NCBI GenBank assembly: GCA_965217185.1
Contig: OZ244252.1
Location: 1,888,001-1,952,000 of the forward strand
Direction of reading: 5' to 3'
Origin: an uncultured Candidatus Entotheonella sp.
GTDB taxonomy: Bacteria > Tectomicrobia > Entotheonellia > Entotheonellales > Entotheonellaceae
DNA: 64,000 nt
Below, piece after piece: positions 1-11,607 of the stretch; positions within the stretch are counted from its first letter, which is position 1, and each line of letters opens with the position of its first letter. The position numbers and the translations under genes are program-made. The notes under the pieces are model-generated. The model ran no database searches. It saw only the letters and a program-made list of their open reading frames with translations, and was not told the DNA's origin.

Positions 1-1050
1 GCACCCAGTTACAACTATCTTCCCGGGCCGGACGATATCTACGTCTCACCCTCGCAGATACGCCGATTCGACCTCCACACCGGCGACACCATCTCCGGTC
101 AGGTTAGGCCGCCCAAGGAAAGCGAGCGCTATTTCGCTTTGCTCAAAGTCGAGGCCATTAATTTCGAAAACCCTGAGCTGGCCAAGGACAAAATTCTCTT
201 CGACAACCTCACGCCGCTTTATCCCGACGCCCGTATTCGTCTTGAAACCGCCCCTACCGACACTTCAACCCGGATCATGGACCTGCTGACGCCCATCGGC
301 AAGGGCCAGCGCGGCCTTATCGTGGCGCCGCCGCGCACCGGTAAAACCATGCTCCTGCAATCGATCGCCCACAGCGTGACGCGCAATCATCCGGAAATCG
401 TGCTGATCGTGTTGCTGATCGACGAGCGCCCGGAGGAAGTCACCGACATGCAGCGTTCGGTCAAAGGCGAGGTGGTAAGCTCAACCTTCGACGAACCTGC
501 CACCCGCCATGTGCAAGTGGCCGAAATGGTAATCGAAAAAGCCAAACGTCTGGTCGAGCACAAGCGTGACGTGGTAATTCTGCTCGACAGCATCACCCGC
601 TTGGCGCGCGCCTATAACACCATCGTGCCGCCGAGCGGCAAGGTGCTCTCCGGCGGTGTGGATTCCAACGCCCTGCAAAAGCCGAAACGTTTTTTCGGCG
701 CCGCCCGTAACATTGAAGAGGGCGGTAGCATGACCATCATCGCAACGGCCCTGGTCGACACCGGCAGCCGCATGGACGAGGTCATCTTTGAGGAGTTCAA
801 GGGCACCGGCAACATGGAAATCCACCTCGACCGCCGCTTGGTCGACAAGCGTGTCTTCCCGGCTATCGACGTCAACCGCTCCGGCACCCGCAAGGAAGAG
901 TTGCTGCTTGATGCCTACGAACTCAACCGCGTGTGGGTACTGCGCAAGGTCCTGAACCCTCTGAATACGGTCGATAGCATGGAACTGCTGATCGACAAGA
1001 TCAAAGAGAGCCAGACGAATGGCGATTTTCTCCGCTCGATGAATACTTGA
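1..1050 (+). CDS. rho: Transcription termination factor Rho (5' end lies outside the window)
   Basis: Frame is open from base 1 ([23 protein letters not shown]). Walker [20 protein letters not shown] and [10 protein letters not shown] motifs are present. Confidence 0.98.
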   Translation, partial: APSYNYLPGPDDIYVSPSQIRRFDLHTGDTISGQVRPPKESERYFALLKVEAINFENPELAKDKILFDNLTPLYPDARIRLETAPTDTSTRIMDLLTPIGKGQRGLIVAPPRTGKTMLLQSIAHSVTRNHPEIVLIVLLIDERPEEVTDMQRSVKGEVVSSTFDEPATRHVQVAEMVIEKAKRLVEHKRDVVILLDSITRLARAYNTIVPPSGKVLSGGVDSNALQKPKRFFGAARNIEEGGSMTIIATALVDTGSRMDEVIFEEFKGTGNMEIHLDRRLVDKRVFPAIDVNRSGTRKEELLLDAYELNRVWVLRKVLNPLNTVDSMELLIDKIKESQTNGDFLRSMNT

Positions 1051-1122
1051 GAAAGCCCGCTGGCGGTTTCCCCGTCTTGCGAACGTTGTCCGTCTATTGG
1101 CTCTCCAAAACCAGGAGAAAAT

Positions 1123-1332
1123 ATGAAACCGGACATTCACCCCGAATACATTGAAACGACGATCTCTTGCGCCTGCGGCAACACCTACGAGACGCGCTCC
1201 ACCGTGCCTGACCTGCGCGTGGCCATCTGCTCCAAGTGCCACCCGTTCTTCACCGGACGGCAGCGTTTGGTCGATACAGCCGGTCGGGTTGAAAAATTCC
1301 AGCGCAAATACGGTCGCAAGCCAATCGAATAA
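1123..1332 (+). CDS. rpmE: 50S ribosomal protein L31 (zinc-binding type)
   Basis: MKPDIHPEY...CACG...[10 protein letters not shown]...GRVEKF; AGGAG RBS upstream. Confidence 0.97.
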   Translation: MKPDIHPEYIETTISCACGNTYETRSTVPDLRVAICSKCHPFFTGRQRLVDTAGRVEKFQRKYGRKPIE

Positions 1333-1355
1333 GCAGACGCAGGACGGATTGAAGT

Positions 1356-2444
1356 ATGTTCGAGAAGTTGGAGTCCATTGTCCAACGGCATGACGAGCTG
1401 AGCGGCTTTTTAAGCGACCCGGCGGTCCTTGCCGACCCGGAAAAGCTGCGCGGCTACGCCAAGGAGCAAGCCGAGTTACGGCATACCGTGGCGGCCTACC
1501 AGACCTATCAGGTTGCCCAACAGGACTTGCAGGAATACCAGGAACTCCTGGCTAGTGAAGACCCGGAGGGGGATCTTGCCGGTTCCATCCGTGACGAAAT
1601 TGGCGTCCTGAAGACCCGTTTGGAAACGCTGGAAGAGGACTTGCGCCTCCTGTTGTTGCCGCGCAACCCGCACGACGACCGCAGCGTGATCATGGAAATA
1701 CGAGCCGGTACCGGCGGCGATGAAGCCGCGCTGTTCGCCGGCGATCTGTTCCGCATGTACGGCCGTTATGCTGAATCGCAGCGCTGGCGGGTCGAGGTGC
1801 TGAGCGCCAACCCTACCGAAACCGGCGGCCTGAAGGAAGTCGTCGCCTCGGTCGACGGCCAGCAGGTGTACAGCAAGCTGAAATGGGAAAGCGGCACCCA
1901 CCGCGTACAACGCGTGCCCGCCACGGAAACGCAGGGCCGCATCCACACCTCAGCAGTCACAGTCGCCATCCTGCCGGCGGCCGAGGAAGTGGATATCGAT
2001 ATCGACCCGGCTGATCTGCGCATCGACGTGTTTCGCTCGTCCGGGCCCGGCGGTCAAAGCGTCAATACTACCGACTCCGCCGTGCGGATGACGTACGAGC
2101 CGAAAGACCGCAAGGGCCTGCGCATCGTGGTGACCTGCCAGGACGAAAAATCCCAACACAAGAATCGCGCCAAGGCTCTCAAAGTGCTGCGTGCCCGCCT
2201 GCTCGACGTTCTTGAGAGCGAACACCAGGCGCAACTGTCCGAACAGCGGCGCGCTCAGATCGGCAGCGGCGACCGCAGCGAGCGCATCCGCACCTACAAT
2301 TTCCCGCAGAGCCGCATTACCGACCACCGTATCCAGCTCACTCTCTACAGGCTGGAGCAGGTGATGGAAGGGAACCTCAACGAACTGATCGAGGCTCTGT
2401 CGCTTGCCGACCGCGCAGCGAAGCTGGAAGCCGTGGCGCAGTGA
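1356..2444 (+). CDS. prfA: Peptide chain release factor 1
   Basis: GGQ motif (SGPGGQSVN), PxT recognition motif ([13 protein letters not shown]), [11 protein letters not shown]. Confidence 0.97.
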   Translation: MFEKLESIVQRHDELSGFLSDPAVLADPEKLRGYAKEQAELRHTVAAYQTYQVAQQDLQEYQELLASEDPEGDLAGSIRDEIGVLKTRLETLEEDLRLLLLPRNPHDDRSVIMEIRAGTGGDEAALFAGDLFRMYGRYAESQRWRVEVLSANPTETGGLKEVVASVDGQQVYSKLKWESGTHRVQRVPATETQGRIHTSAVTVAILPAAEEVDIDIDPADLRIDVFRSSGPGGQSVNTTDSAVRMTYEPKDRKGLRIVVTCQDEKSQHKNRAKALKVLRARLLDVLESEHQAQLSEQRRAQIGSGDRSERIRTYNFPQSRITDHRIQLTLYRLEQVMEGNLNELIEALSLADRAAKLEAVAQ

Positions 2445-3319
2445 GACTGGCCCTCCGCACGGTGTTACAGCGCGCTGCACAATGTCTGAAACAACACCAG
2501 GTTGACGAGCCGTTGGCCGATGCCGAAGTCCTCCTCGCCGATGTCTTGACGCTACCGCGCCTCAATCTCTATATTGACGCCCATCGCCCCCTCAGTGACG
2601 CGCTGCATCACGCCTATCTGGCGCGCCTTTGCCGCCGAATGCAGGGCGAGCCGGTACAGCACATCACAGGCAAGCAGGAATTCCGCTCTCTATGCTTTAA
2701 AGTGAATCCTCAGGTTCTCATTCCGCGGCCGGAGAGTGAGTTGCTGGTCGAGCACGGGGTACGCTGGGCAAGGCAGTGGACGAAGCGGTATGGGACAACA
2801 AACTTACGGTGCTTGGACGTGGGCACCGGCAGCGGCAATCTGGGGGTCAGCCTGTTGCACGAACTGCCGGAATGCCGCGTTTGCGCGATTGATTCCAGCT
2901 TGGCGGCCCTGAAGGTAGCAAGGCGCAACGCACATCACCTTGGCGTCGCTGACCGATGGTCCGGGCTATGCGGGGACCTGGTGGAGCCGCTGCTCTTCGA
3001 TCCGCCGCGCTTTGCCGTGTGTGTTGCCAACCTACCCTACGTCACCGCCGCCGAGTGGCAAGAATTGCCGCCGCACATCAAGGACCACGAACCCGCCGCC
3101 GCGTTACTGGGAGGCACGGATGGTCTGGACGTGATTCGCCGCTTGGTCGCCGCCGTACCGGCAGTGCTCGCGCCCCAGGGCATGCTGCTTCTGGAGGTCG
3201 GTTGGAAGCAGGCCAACGCCGTGGAGACCCTCATGCGGCAGACGACGCGATTCGAGGCCACCGGGGTACACCGCGACTTCGCCGGAATCGACCGCGTGGT
3301 GTGGGGCCGCATGCCGTAA
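2441..3319 (+). CDS. prmC: Release factor glutamine methyltransferase
   Basis: [17 protein letters not shown] and NLPY motifs; overlaps the prfA stop. Confidence 0.95.
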   Translation: MRLALRTVLQRAAQCLKQHQVDEPLADAEVLLADVLTLPRLNLYIDAHRPLSDALHHAYLARLCRRMQGEPVQHITGKQEFRSLCFKVNPQVLIPRPESELLVEHGVRWARQWTKRYGTTNLRCLDVGTGSGNLGVSLLHELPECRVCAIDSSLAALKVARRNAHHLGVADRWSGLCGDLVEPLLFDPPRFAVCVANLPYVTAAEWQELPPHIKDHEPAAALLGGTDGLDVIRRLVAAVPAVLAPQGMLLLEVGWKQANAVETLMRQTTRFEATGVHRDFAGIDRVVWGRMP

Positions 3320-3401
3320 CCTTAGAGCCGCCGCTCGCAGGGGCTGCGCCCGACTTGGATTATTTCCATGACGCGTTCGTATTAAGCGAGGAGTCCTCCG
3401 T

Positions 3402-3989
3402 ATGGAACGCCAAAGTACCGTCCATCGCCGAACCGCCGAAACCGACATTCAGGTGTCACTCGACCTCGACGGCAGCGGGGTCTACACCGTGCAAACCGGC
3501 ATCCCCTTCCTCGACCACATGCTGAGCATGGTGGCCCGGCACGGCTTTTTCGACCTGGAAGTTGCCGCCACCGGCGATCTCGATGTCGATTACCACCACA
3601 CGGTCGAAGACGTGGGCATCTGCCTCGGCCAGGCCTTCCATCAAGCCATGGGAAGCAAACAGGGCCTGCGGCGCTACGCCTCCGCAAGCGTGCCGCTGGA
3701 AGAAACCCTGGCGAGCGTCGTGGTCGATTTCTGCGACCGACCTTACCTCGTCTACAACGTCGACGCCCCGCCGGGACGTATCGGCACCTTTGACATGGAG
3801 CTGGTGGAAACATTCTTCCTGGGCTTTGCCAGCCACAGCCGCGCCACGCTGCACTGCAATCTGCACTACGGCCGCAACCGCCACCACATCGCCGAAGCCG
3901 TATTCAAAGCCTTCAGCCGCGCCGCCGACGAGGCGACGACCTTGGACACGCGCCTCGCCGGGCTGCTGACAACGAAAGACGCTTTCTGA
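3402..3989 (+). CDS. hisB: Imidazoleglycerol-phosphate dehydratase
   Basis: TGIPFLDHML, HHTVEDVGI and NRHHIAEAVFKAF motifs. Confidence 0.97.
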   Translation: MERQSTVHRRTAETDIQVSLDLDGSGVYTVQTGIPFLDHMLSMVARHGFFDLEVAATGDLDVDYHHTVEDVGICLGQAFHQAMGSKQGLRRYASASVPLEETLASVVVDFCDRPYLVYNVDAPPGRIGTFDMELVETFFLGFASHSRATLHCNLHYGRNRHHIAEAVFKAFSRAADEATTLDTRLAGLLTTKDAF

Positions 3990-4002
3990 CGGGAATCGCA
4001 AT

Positions 4003-4623
4003 ATGCTGGCCATTGTGGACTACGGTAGAGGCAACCTGAGAAGCGTTCAGAACGGCTTCCGTCAAATCGGCGTTGCTGCCCATGTAAGCGGTGACCCGGA
4101 AACGATTACGAAAGCGGCCGGTGTCGTCTTTCCCGGCGTTGGCGCCTTTCGCGACTGCATGCAGAACCTTGCCGCCCGCGGCCTGGACGAGGCGCTGCGG
4201 CAAGTCATCCGGGACGGCAAACCGGTGCTGGCCATCTGCGTGGGCATGCAGGCCCTGCTATCCGAGAGCGAAGAGTTCGGCACCACACCGGGCCTGGACA
4301 TCGTAGCGGGGCAGGTACGTCGCTTCCCACATCCGGTCGCCGGCTCGAACCCACTCAAAGTGCCGCACATGGGCTGGAACCAACTACAGTTGCACCGCCC
4401 CTGCCCGCTCCTGGACGGCTTGCCGGAGCATGTTTACACCTACTTCGTGCACTCCTACTACGCCATCCCGGCCGAGCCCGCGGTGGTGGTCGCCTCCACG
4501 GATTACGGGGTCGAGTTTGCCTCGGTGCTGTGGCGTGATAACCTGTACGCTACACAGTTTCACCCCGAAAAGAGCCAGACGTGGGGCCTGCGCATCCTGC
4601 GCAACTTTGCCCAACTGCTATAG
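4003..4623 (+). CDS. hisH: Imidazole glycerol phosphate synthase, glutaminase subunit
   Basis: DYGRGNL, PGVGAF, ICVGMQ, VPHMGWN and QFHPEKS motifs. Confidence 0.97.
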   Translation: MLAIVDYGRGNLRSVQNGFRQIGVAAHVSGDPETITKAAGVVFPGVGAFRDCMQNLAARGLDEALRQVIRDGKPVLAICVGMQALLSESEEFGTTPGLDIVAGQVRRFPHPVAGSNPLKVPHMGWNQLQLHRPCPLLDGLPEHVYTYFVHSYYAIPAEPAVVVASTDYGVEFASVLWRDNLYATQFHPEKSQTWGLRILRNFAQLL

Positions 4624-4637
4624 GAACGCGACCGCCG

Positions 4638-5432
4638 GTGCTTGCCAAACGGATCATTCCATGCCTCGACGTCAAAGACGGGCGGGTCGTCAAGGGGACG
4701 CAGTTCCTCAATCTGCGCGACGCCGGCGACCCGGTGGAGGCGGCCCAGCTCTATGACGAGCAGGGGGCGGACGAGCTCGTGTTTCTCGACATCACCGCGT
4801 CTCACGAAAAGCGCCGCATCATTATCGACGTGGTACGGCGAACCTCGGAGCGTCTGTTCATGCCGCTGACGGTCGGCGGCGGCATCACCAGCAACGAGGA
4901 AATCCGCGATCTGTTACGGGCTGGGGCGGACAAGGTGTCGCTCAATACCGCCGCGGTGCGTCGCCCGGAATTTGTCGGCGAGGCGGCGCAGACCTTCGGC
5001 AGCCAGTGCATTGTCGTCGCCATTGACGCCAAACGGCGCGAACAGCCCCAAGATGGGTGGGAAGTGTTCACGCACGGCGGTCGCAGCCCGACTGGCCTTG
5101 ATGCCGTCGAATGGGCAAAACGGGTGGAAGCCCTCGGTGCGGGGGAGATACTACTCACCAGCATGGACCGCGACGGAACCCAGAGCGGCTACGACCTCGA
5201 CCTCACCCGCGGCATCGCCGATGCCGTCGGCATTCCTGTCATTGCTTCCGGCGGCGTGGGTAATCTGGAGCATCTCTACGACGGATTGACCGCCGGTGGT
5301 GCTGACGCCGTCTTGGCAGCATCCATCTTTCATTTCGCCGAGCACAGCATCGCCGACGCCAAATCGTATCTCCATGCGCGCGGTGTCCTTGTACGTCATA
5401 CGGATTCGGGAAAGGAGGGATCGGCCCAATGA
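4638..5432 (+). CDS. hisF: Imidazole glycerol phosphate synthase, cyclase subunit
   Basis: GTG start giving (M)[19 protein letters not shown]; also LTSMDRDGT and LAASIFH. Confidence 0.97.
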   Translation: MLAKRIIPCLDVKDGRVVKGTQFLNLRDAGDPVEAAQLYDEQGADELVFLDITASHEKRRIIIDVVRRTSERLFMPLTVGGGITSNEEIRDLLRAGADKVSLNTAAVRRPEFVGEAAQTFGSQCIVVAIDAKRREQPQDGWEVFTHGGRSPTGLDAVEWAKRVEALGAGEILLTSMDRDGTQSGYDLDLTRGIADAVGIPVIASGGVGNLEHLYDGLTAGGADAVLAASIFHFAEHSIADAKSYLHARGVLVRHTDSGKEGSAQ

Positions 5433-6541
5433 CCAGAAACCTGCACCGCATCAGACGTCTCGCGCTGGCCGCGGCGCTCAGTCTTTTGGCCCTGCTGGCC
5501 GCGGCGCATGCGCAGGACGTGTCGGACCGCGTGCCCATCCTGCCAGACACGCCTTACGCCTATGCCAACGTGCCCCTACCCCCGCACCTGGCCGTCATTC
5601 GGACCAATATCCCCAAGGACAACCCGATCACCAACCACGGCGCCACGCTCGGGCGCGTGCTGTTCTACGACAAGCGCCTGTCGGTCAACAACACCACGGC
5701 CTGCGCCGCGTGCCATCTTCAGGAATACGCCTTTTCCGACCCGGAGCAGTTCAGCACCGGGTTTGCTGGCGCCAAGACGCCCCGGAACGCCATGGGGCTG
5801 GCCAACGGCCGGTTCTTCCAGGCGGATCACTTTTTCTGGGACGCGCGCGTCAAGACCCTCGAAGAACTGATCCTGCTGCCGATTCAGAGCCCCATCGAGA
5901 TGGGCAGCACGCTGGAACAGGCCGTAGCCAAGGTGGCAGCCGCCGCCTTCTACCCGCCCCTGTTCGCCAAGGCGTTCGGCACCCCCGAGGTCACCCCGGA
6001 ACGCATCGCCAAGGCGGTAGCGCAATTCATACGCGCCATGGTGTCCTATCAATCCAAGTACGACGAGGGCATCGCCACCGGGTTTCGTAATTTCACGGGG
6101 CAGGAGTTCTTCGGGATGCAACTGTTCGAGAATCAAGCGCTTCGCTGTGCGCGTTGCCACCTGACCGATACGCAAATCCTGATTTTCCCGAGCAACAATG
6201 GGCTCGACGTGGTTTACGCCGACAAGGGCGTCGGGTCGATCACCGGGGACGGTTTCGACCATGGGCTCTTCAAACCGCCGTCCTTGCGCAACGTGGCGCT
6301 TACCGGACCGTACATGCACGACGGCCGGTTCGCCACCCTGCAGGACGTGCTGCAGCATTACAGCTCCGGCATCCAGTCGCACAAGAACCTCGGTTCCTTC
6401 CTGCCGGAAAAGGGCGTGAACCTGACCGCCAGGCAACGAGACGCCATCGAGGCTTTCCTGCACACCCTGACCGACCCGGCGTTTATCACCGACCCCAAAT
6501 TTTCGGACCCGTTCGCCAAGCCGCGAGAAGAGCGCCGTTAA
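5429..6541 (+). CDS. Secreted di-heme cytochrome c peroxidase/MauG-family protein
   Basis: Signal peptide, two CxxCH motifs (CAACH, CARCH), FFWDAR and [19 protein letters not shown]. Confidence 0.88.
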   Translation: MTRNLHRIRRLALAAALSLLALLAAAHAQDVSDRVPILPDTPYAYANVPLPPHLAVIRTNIPKDNPITNHGATLGRVLFYDKRLSVNNTTACAACHLQEYAFSDPEQFSTGFAGAKTPRNAMGLANGRFFQADHFFWDARVKTLEELILLPIQSPIEMGSTLEQAVAKVAAAAFYPPLFAKAFGTPEVTPERIAKAVAQFIRAMVSYQSKYDEGIATGFRNFTGQEFFGMQLFENQALRCARCHLTDTQILIFPSNNGLDVVYADKGVGSITGDGFDHGLFKPPSLRNVALTGPYMHDGRFATLQDVLQHYSSGIQSHKNLGSFLPEKGVNLTARQRDAIEAFLHTLTDPAFITDPKFSDPFAKPREERR

Positions 6542-6589
6542 CCGGGGCTGCGGCCCGCAACGCCCCTTTCTGGAAGGAGAGTCATTGCT

Positions 6590-7084
6590 ATGGCAAGGTC
6601 CCATCTCGTCGTCGAGGCCATGCAGAACTGCGGCGTTACGCATGTCGTATGGCTGCCGGACAGCGAATCGCACTACATGTACGATGCCCTGAGCGCCTCG
6701 CCGTTGCATCTGGTGCCGGTATGCCGGGAGGGCGAGGCTTTCGGCATCGCCGCCGGGCTGCACCTGGGCGGCAAGACCCCGGTGGTGCTCATCCAGAATA
6801 CCGGCCTGTTCGAGTCCGGCGACGTGCTGCGCGCCAATATCCTCAACCTGAAGATGCCGCTGCTGTTGATGGTGGGATACCGGGGCTACCACGAGATGGT
6901 CAGCGGACAGGGGCCAGTGGATTCAGCCGCTACTTTCACCGAGCCGATTCTGGACGCCTGGGGCATCGTCCACTACCTGCTGGACACCGACGACGACGTG
7001 CCCAAAATCGCCAACGCCTTCAAGGAAAGCCGTGAAGCCAGCCGCCCAGTGGCGATTCTCATTGGCCGCGAATACGATGCGTGA
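6590..7084 (+). CDS. TPP-dependent decarboxylase alpha subunit (sulfopyruvate/phosphonopyruvate decarboxylase-like)
   Basis: WLPDS, VCREGEAFGIAAGL and LIQNTG: TPP enzyme N-terminal (Pyr) domain. Confidence 0.8.
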   Translation: MARSHLVVEAMQNCGVTHVVWLPDSESHYMYDALSASPLHLVPVCREGEAFGIAAGLHLGGKTPVVLIQNTGLFESGDVLRANILNLKMPLLLMVGYRGYHEMVSGQGPVDSAATFTEPILDAWGIVHYLLDTDDDVPKIANAFKESREASRPVAILIGREYDA

Positions 7085-7109
7085 CGCCAACTAAAAAAGG
7101 ACCGCTTCG

Positions 7110-7682
7110 ATGATACTCCGCTCGCAAGCCCTGAAACATTTGGCCGCCCTGCGCACCGATGAAATCGTCCTCACCGCCATGATGGCTGTCCGGCAATGGG
7201 CGGCGTTTTCCGACCACCAGCTTGATTTCAGCACCATCGGCACCGGCATGGGACACGCCTCCGACATCGGCCTCGGCTTGGCGCTGTCACAACCCGACCG
7301 CCGCGTCATCGTCCTCAACGGCGACGGCAGCATGCTGATGAACCTCGGCCAACTGGTCACCATCGCCCAACAGGCACCGCCGAATCTAATCCTCATGGTG
7401 CTGCACAACGGCACCTACGAGGTCACCGGCGGGCAACCCATCCCCGGACCGGCCAACCTCGACTTCGCCGGTATGGCCCGCGCCGCCGGTATCGCCAAGT
7501 CGTATGACTTCGACGAACTCGACACCTACGTTGCCGCCCTGCCTGACATTCTGAACAGCCAAGGCCCTATCTTCGTCAATCTGCGGGTCGTGGCAAACGA
7601 GACCCCGCTGCCACCGCCGTCCCGCCAGCCACTGCCGCAGCGCGCCGCGCAGTTGATGCAGGCCCTGGGGGCAACCCCTTAG
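7110..7682 (+). CDS. TPP-dependent decarboxylase beta subunit
   Basis: GMGHAS and GDGSMLMN...HNGTYEVTGGQP TPP-binding motif. Confidence 0.82.
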   Translation: MILRSQALKHLAALRTDEIVLTAMMAVRQWAAFSDHQLDFSTIGTGMGHASDIGLGLALSQPDRRVIVLNGDGSMLMNLGQLVTIAQQAPPNLILMVLHNGTYEVTGGQPIPGPANLDFAGMARAAGIAKSYDFDELDTYVAALPDILNSQGPIFVNLRVVANETPLPPPSRQPLPQRAAQLMQALGATP

Positions 7683-7740
7683 CTCCTGGCGGCCTCGATA
7701 CCCTCCCCGCCCTCACAACGCCGAATGGAAAGGACACGAG

Positions 7741-10266
7741 TTGGCCGGATCGCTTGAGAACGTGCGCGTGCTCGAACTCACCCGAAGCGTTGCGGGACCC
7801 TACGCCGCGAAGCTGCTGGCCGACCAGGGCGCTGACGTTATCAAGCTGGAGCCGCCGGGTGGCGACGACAGCCGCGCCTTCGGGCCATTCCCGAACGACG
7901 AACCGCACCCAGAGCGCTCCGGTTTGTTCCTGCATCTGAATCGCAACAAGAAGTCCATCGTCGTCGATCCGGCCAGCCCAGATGACGGCGCGGAGATCAT
8001 CCGACGGCTCGCTGCACAGGCCCATATCGTGTTGGAGGATTACCCCGCCGGCTCGGCCGACGCTTGGGGCTGGGGCTGGCAAACCCTGCAGGCCACCAAT
8101 CCGGCCCTGGTGCTGACGTCCATCACGCCGTTCGGGCAAAGCGGACCGTACCGCGACTACCGTGGCTCGGAACTCACCCTGCAAGCCATGGGCGGTCCCC
8201 TGATTACCAACGGCCACGAAGACCGCAAACCGCTCAAGTTGGCTGGCCACTACGCCCACTACCACGCCGGCATGGTGGCTGCGATGGCCACCCTGATGGC
8301 GCTGCGCCGCGCTGAGGCAACCGGCGCGGGCGACTGGATCGACGTGTCGGTGTACGAGTGCCAGGCCGGCTGCCGAGACCGCCAATCCACCAATCTGACC
8401 ATCGCGTCCTATACCGGCATGTCCGCGGGCCGCGGCCCCTCCGTCTGGCGCATGGGCACCGGCGTGCGGCCTTGCCGAGACGGCTACGTCAACATCATGG
8501 GTGCCTGGAACCGGCTACCGCGTCTGTTGCGGCTGATCGGCCGCGAGGACCTTCTCGATCACCCCCAGATCGGCGCCCCCATGGGCACCGAGCCGCAGGA
8601 GTTGGTCGACGCCGTCGAAACCGCCTACGCGGATTGGCTGGCGCCGCTAAGCAAGCGCGAAGCGGTCGACGCGGCGCAGGCCGGAGGGCTGCTGGCGGGA
8701 CCCGTGAACACGGTGGCGGATCTGCTGCAGGACCCCCATTTCCAGGCGCGCGGCGTCTGGGACACCGTCGATCATCCCGCAACCGGACCGCTGCAATTTC
8801 CCGGACGGCCGTTTGTCCTCACCCGCTCACCGCGCCGCCAACAACAGCGCGCCCCGCTGCTCGACGAACACGCCGAGGAGCGCGATACGGCCTGGTCCAC
8901 GGCAATCACCAGCCGGCCGGCAAAACCCCAGGACGCGACGCTCGCTTTACCACTCGAAGGGCTGCGAGTGGCGGAAATAACCGTCGTGTGGGCTGGACCT
9001 CACGTCACCCAGCTCCTGGGCGAGTGGGGCGCCGACATCGTGCGCGTCGAGCCGCTGAACAAGCCGCAACCCTACACGCGCGGCATGGAGGGCGTGCCGA
9101 CCCGCGAGCAGACGCGCCAACTCATGGACCAAGGCGTGCCCTCGCGGCTGGCAGACAGCAACCCTCAGCGCGACCCCTGGAACCGCAACGCCGCCTTCAA
9201 CTCGCACGCCCGCAACAAACGCTCCATGACCTGCGACATTATGACCCCCGAGGGGCACGAAACCCTGCTGCGCCTCGTCAAGCATTGCGACGTGCTGGTC
9301 GAAAACAACGCCCCGCAAACGATGGACAAAGCCGGTATCGACTGGGAAACCCTGCATCGCGTCAACCCTCGCCTCATCATGCTGCGCATGCCGGCCTTCG
9401 CGCTCGATGGCCCGTACCGCAACTACCGCGCCTTCGGCCTGCACGTGGAGGCCATGATCGGCCACACCCATCTACGCGGCTACCCCGGCCAGCCCCCCGG
9501 ACTGCTGAGCGAATCGCTGGCCAGCGACGGCCTTGCCGGCGTTCAGGGCGCCCTCACGGTGCTGATGGCGCTGCGCCACCGCGACCGCACCGGCGAGGGG
9601 CAACTCATCGAAATGCCCTTACCGGAGGGCTTTCTGCCAACCCTCGGCGAATTCATCATGGACTACACCATGAACGGCCGCGATGCGCCGTCGCAGGGCA
9701 ATCGGCATCGCTGGCACGCCCCGCACAACGTGTACCCGTGCCAAGGCGACGACAACTGGACCGCCGTCGACGTGGGCACGGATGCCGATTTCGCCGCCCT
9801 ATGCGGAGTACTGGACGCGCCCCACCTGATCGACGACCCGCGTTTTCGCACCGCCGCGGCGCGGTTGCAGAACGTCTCGGCGCTTGACGACGCCCTCGCA
9901 ATGGTGACCCCGACCCGCGACAAAGAGAGCCTTTTTCACGCCCTGCAAGCCGTCGGCGTGTGCGCCGCGCCGGTGCGCCGGGCGCTCGAAGTCCTGCACG
10001 ACCCCCATCTCGCGGCACGCGGGTTTTTTGAGGAACTGCCAACCGGTGACGAGCAGCGCCCGTATCTCTACCCCGGCCTGATCTTCCGCATGGCGCGCAC
10101 GCCGAACGCCCTGCGCACCGGTCCCGTTCGCTTGGGCGAGCACAACCGGGAAATCTACTGCGACCTGCTCGGCTACTCGCCTGACGAACTCGCCGCCCTG
10201 GAGCAGCAGGGCCACGTCGGCACCGCCCACCCGCCGCACGTCTGGCGCCCCGAGTCGGACGCATGA
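7741..10266 (+). CDS. Family III (CaiB/BaiF) CoA-transferase, tandem two-domain fusion
   Basis: Two copies of the family III N-terminal motif (LENVRVLEL...AGP...GADVIKLEPP and LEGLRVAEI...AGP...GADIVRVEP), each followed by an NRNKKS/ARNKRS motif. Confidence 0.9.
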   Translation: MAGSLENVRVLELTRSVAGPYAAKLLADQGADVIKLEPPGGDDSRAFGPFPNDEPHPERSGLFLHLNRNKKSIVVDPASPDDGAEIIRRLAAQAHIVLEDYPAGSADAWGWGWQTLQATNPALVLTSITPFGQSGPYRDYRGSELTLQAMGGPLITNGHEDRKPLKLAGHYAHYHAGMVAAMATLMALRRAEATGAGDWIDVSVYECQAGCRDRQSTNLTIASYTGMSAGRGPSVWRMGTGVRPCRDGYVNIMGAWNRLPRLLRLIGREDLLDHPQIGAPMGTEPQELVDAVETAYADWLAPLSKREAVDAAQAGGLLAGPVNTVADLLQDPHFQARGVWDTVDHPATGPLQFPGRPFVLTRSPRRQQQRAPLLDEHAEERDTAWSTAITSRPAKPQDATLALPLEGLRVAEITVVWAGPHVTQLLGEWGADIVRVEPLNKPQPYTRGMEGVPTREQTRQLMDQGVPSRLADSNPQRDPWNRNAAFNSHARNKRSMTCDIMTPEGHETLLRLVKHCDVLVENNAPQTMDKAGIDWETLHRVNPRLIMLRMPAFALDGPYRNYRAFGLHVEAMIGHTHLRGYPGQPPGLLSESLASDGLAGVQGALTVLMALRHRDRTGEGQLIEMPLPEGFLPTLGEFIMDYTMNGRDAPSQGNRHRWHAPHNVYPCQGDDNWTAVDVGTDADFAALCGVLDAPHLIDDPRFRTAAARLQNVSALDDALAMVTPTRDKESLFHALQAVGVCAAPVRRALEVLHDPHLAARGFFEELPTGDEQRPYLYPGLIFRMARTPNALRTGPVRLGEHNREIYCDLLGYSPDELAALEQQGHVGTAHPPHVWRPESDA

Positions 10267-10272
10267 GGTAGC

Positions 10273-11265
10273 ATGGACCCACTCTCCCAAGGCGTCCTGG
10301 GGGTCGCAGCCGCACAGGCCGTAGGCAAGAAGCCCCAGGCACGCCGCGCCGCTTTCATGGGCCTGGTGGCCGGATTGGCGCCGGACGCCGACGTGTTCAT
10401 CACCTCGGCCACCGACCCGCTGCTGTCGCTGCAATTCCATCGCCAGTTCACCCACGCGCTGGCGTTCATTCCAATCGGCGCCCTCCTCGTGGCCCTGGTC
10501 CTGCACCCCATTATGGGTCGCAGGGCCTTGCGTTTCAGGACTACCTACTTATCCTGCCTCGCCGGTTACGCCACACACGGCCTGTTGGATGCCTGCACCT
10601 CCTATGGCACCCAGCTTCTGTGGCCATTCTCGGACCTTCGCGTCGCCTGGAACAACATCTCAATCATCGATCCCCTGTTCACCGTGCCGATCCTCCTGCT
10701 GGTGATGCTCGGCATCTGGCGCCGGTCTCCCGTGCTGACTCGCTGCGCCCTCCTGTGGGCCGTGGCCTACCTGTTGCTTGGCGTCGTGCAACGGGACCGC
10801 GCTGCTGCCATCGGCTATGACGTGGCCGCCACACGAGAGCACGCCGTCACACGACTTTCCGCCAAACCAACCTTCGGCAATCTCCTGGTATGGAAAATCA
10901 TCTACGAAGCGGAAGGCATGTTCTACGTCGATGCCGTGCGGGTGGGCCTCGGCAGCCGGCACTACCCCGGCACCGCCATTGCCAAGCTAGACACCGCCCG
11001 CGACCTGCCATGGCTACAGCTTGGCACGCAGCAAGCGCGCGACGTTGAACGCTTCCGCTGGTTCTCCGGCGACTACTTGGCCTTGGCCGGCGACAACACG
11101 ATTACCGATATCCGCTACTCCCTGGTACCCAACGAAATCGAAGGTCTGTGGGGCATTACCCTCAGCCCTCGCGCCGCCCCACACGAACACGTGCGCTCCG
11201 TCGGCGGTCGTACCGTCACGGCCGGCAAATGGCAGGCGTTCAGAGACATGCTGCTGGGAAACTGA
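10273..11265 (+). CDS. Membrane-bound metal-dependent hydrolase (YdjM/YfhP-like)
   Basis: MDPLSQG, APDAD, HRQFTHA and THGLLDACTSYGT motifs; transmembrane segments. Confidence 0.85.
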   Translation: MDPLSQGVLGVAAAQAVGKKPQARRAAFMGLVAGLAPDADVFITSATDPLLSLQFHRQFTHALAFIPIGALLVALVLHPIMGRRALRFRTTYLSCLAGYATHGLLDACTSYGTQLLWPFSDLRVAWNNISIIDPLFTVPILLLVMLGIWRRSPVLTRCALLWAVAYLLLGVVQRDRAAAIGYDVAATREHAVTRLSAKPTFGNLLVWKIIYEAEGMFYVDAVRVGLGSRHYPGTAIAKLDTARDLPWLQLGTQQARDVERFRWFSGDYLALAGDNTITDIRYSLVPNEIEGLWGITLSPRAAPHEHVRSVGGRTVTAGKWQAFRDMLLGN

Positions 11266-11379
11266 ATGGCTGGCCTGGAATGCAGGGTTCAGATTGGAAA
11301 CATCAATCTGGATGCCTTTAGTCAGGCGTTAAGGTCTGTGGTAGGATTCCGCGAAGTCGGAGCACCAAAGGAGAGTTCT

Positions 11380-11607
11380 GTGAATTGGCGAGATCACATT
11401 ACGGTTGATCCTGAGGTCTGCCATGGAAGGACGTGTATAGCCGGCACACGAGTGTTGGTAACCACCGTGCTCGACAATCTTGCCGCTGGTCTGGACGCCG
11501 AAGCCATCGTCAGCAGTTACCCATCGATCAACCGCGAGTCTGTGCAGGCGGCTGTGAGTTATGCGGCGGGATTGGCGAAAGAGAGAGTCGTTGCATGGTC
11601 CGCTTAG
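11380..11607 (+). CDS. DUF433 family antitoxin
   Basis: GTG start after AAGGAG; HITVDPEVCHGRTCIAGTRV...LDNLAAG...YPSI...AAVSYAA. Confidence 0.88.
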   Translation: MNWRDHITVDPEVCHGRTCIAGTRVLVTTVLDNLAAGLDAEAIVSSYPSINRESVQAAVSYAAGLAKERVVAWSA

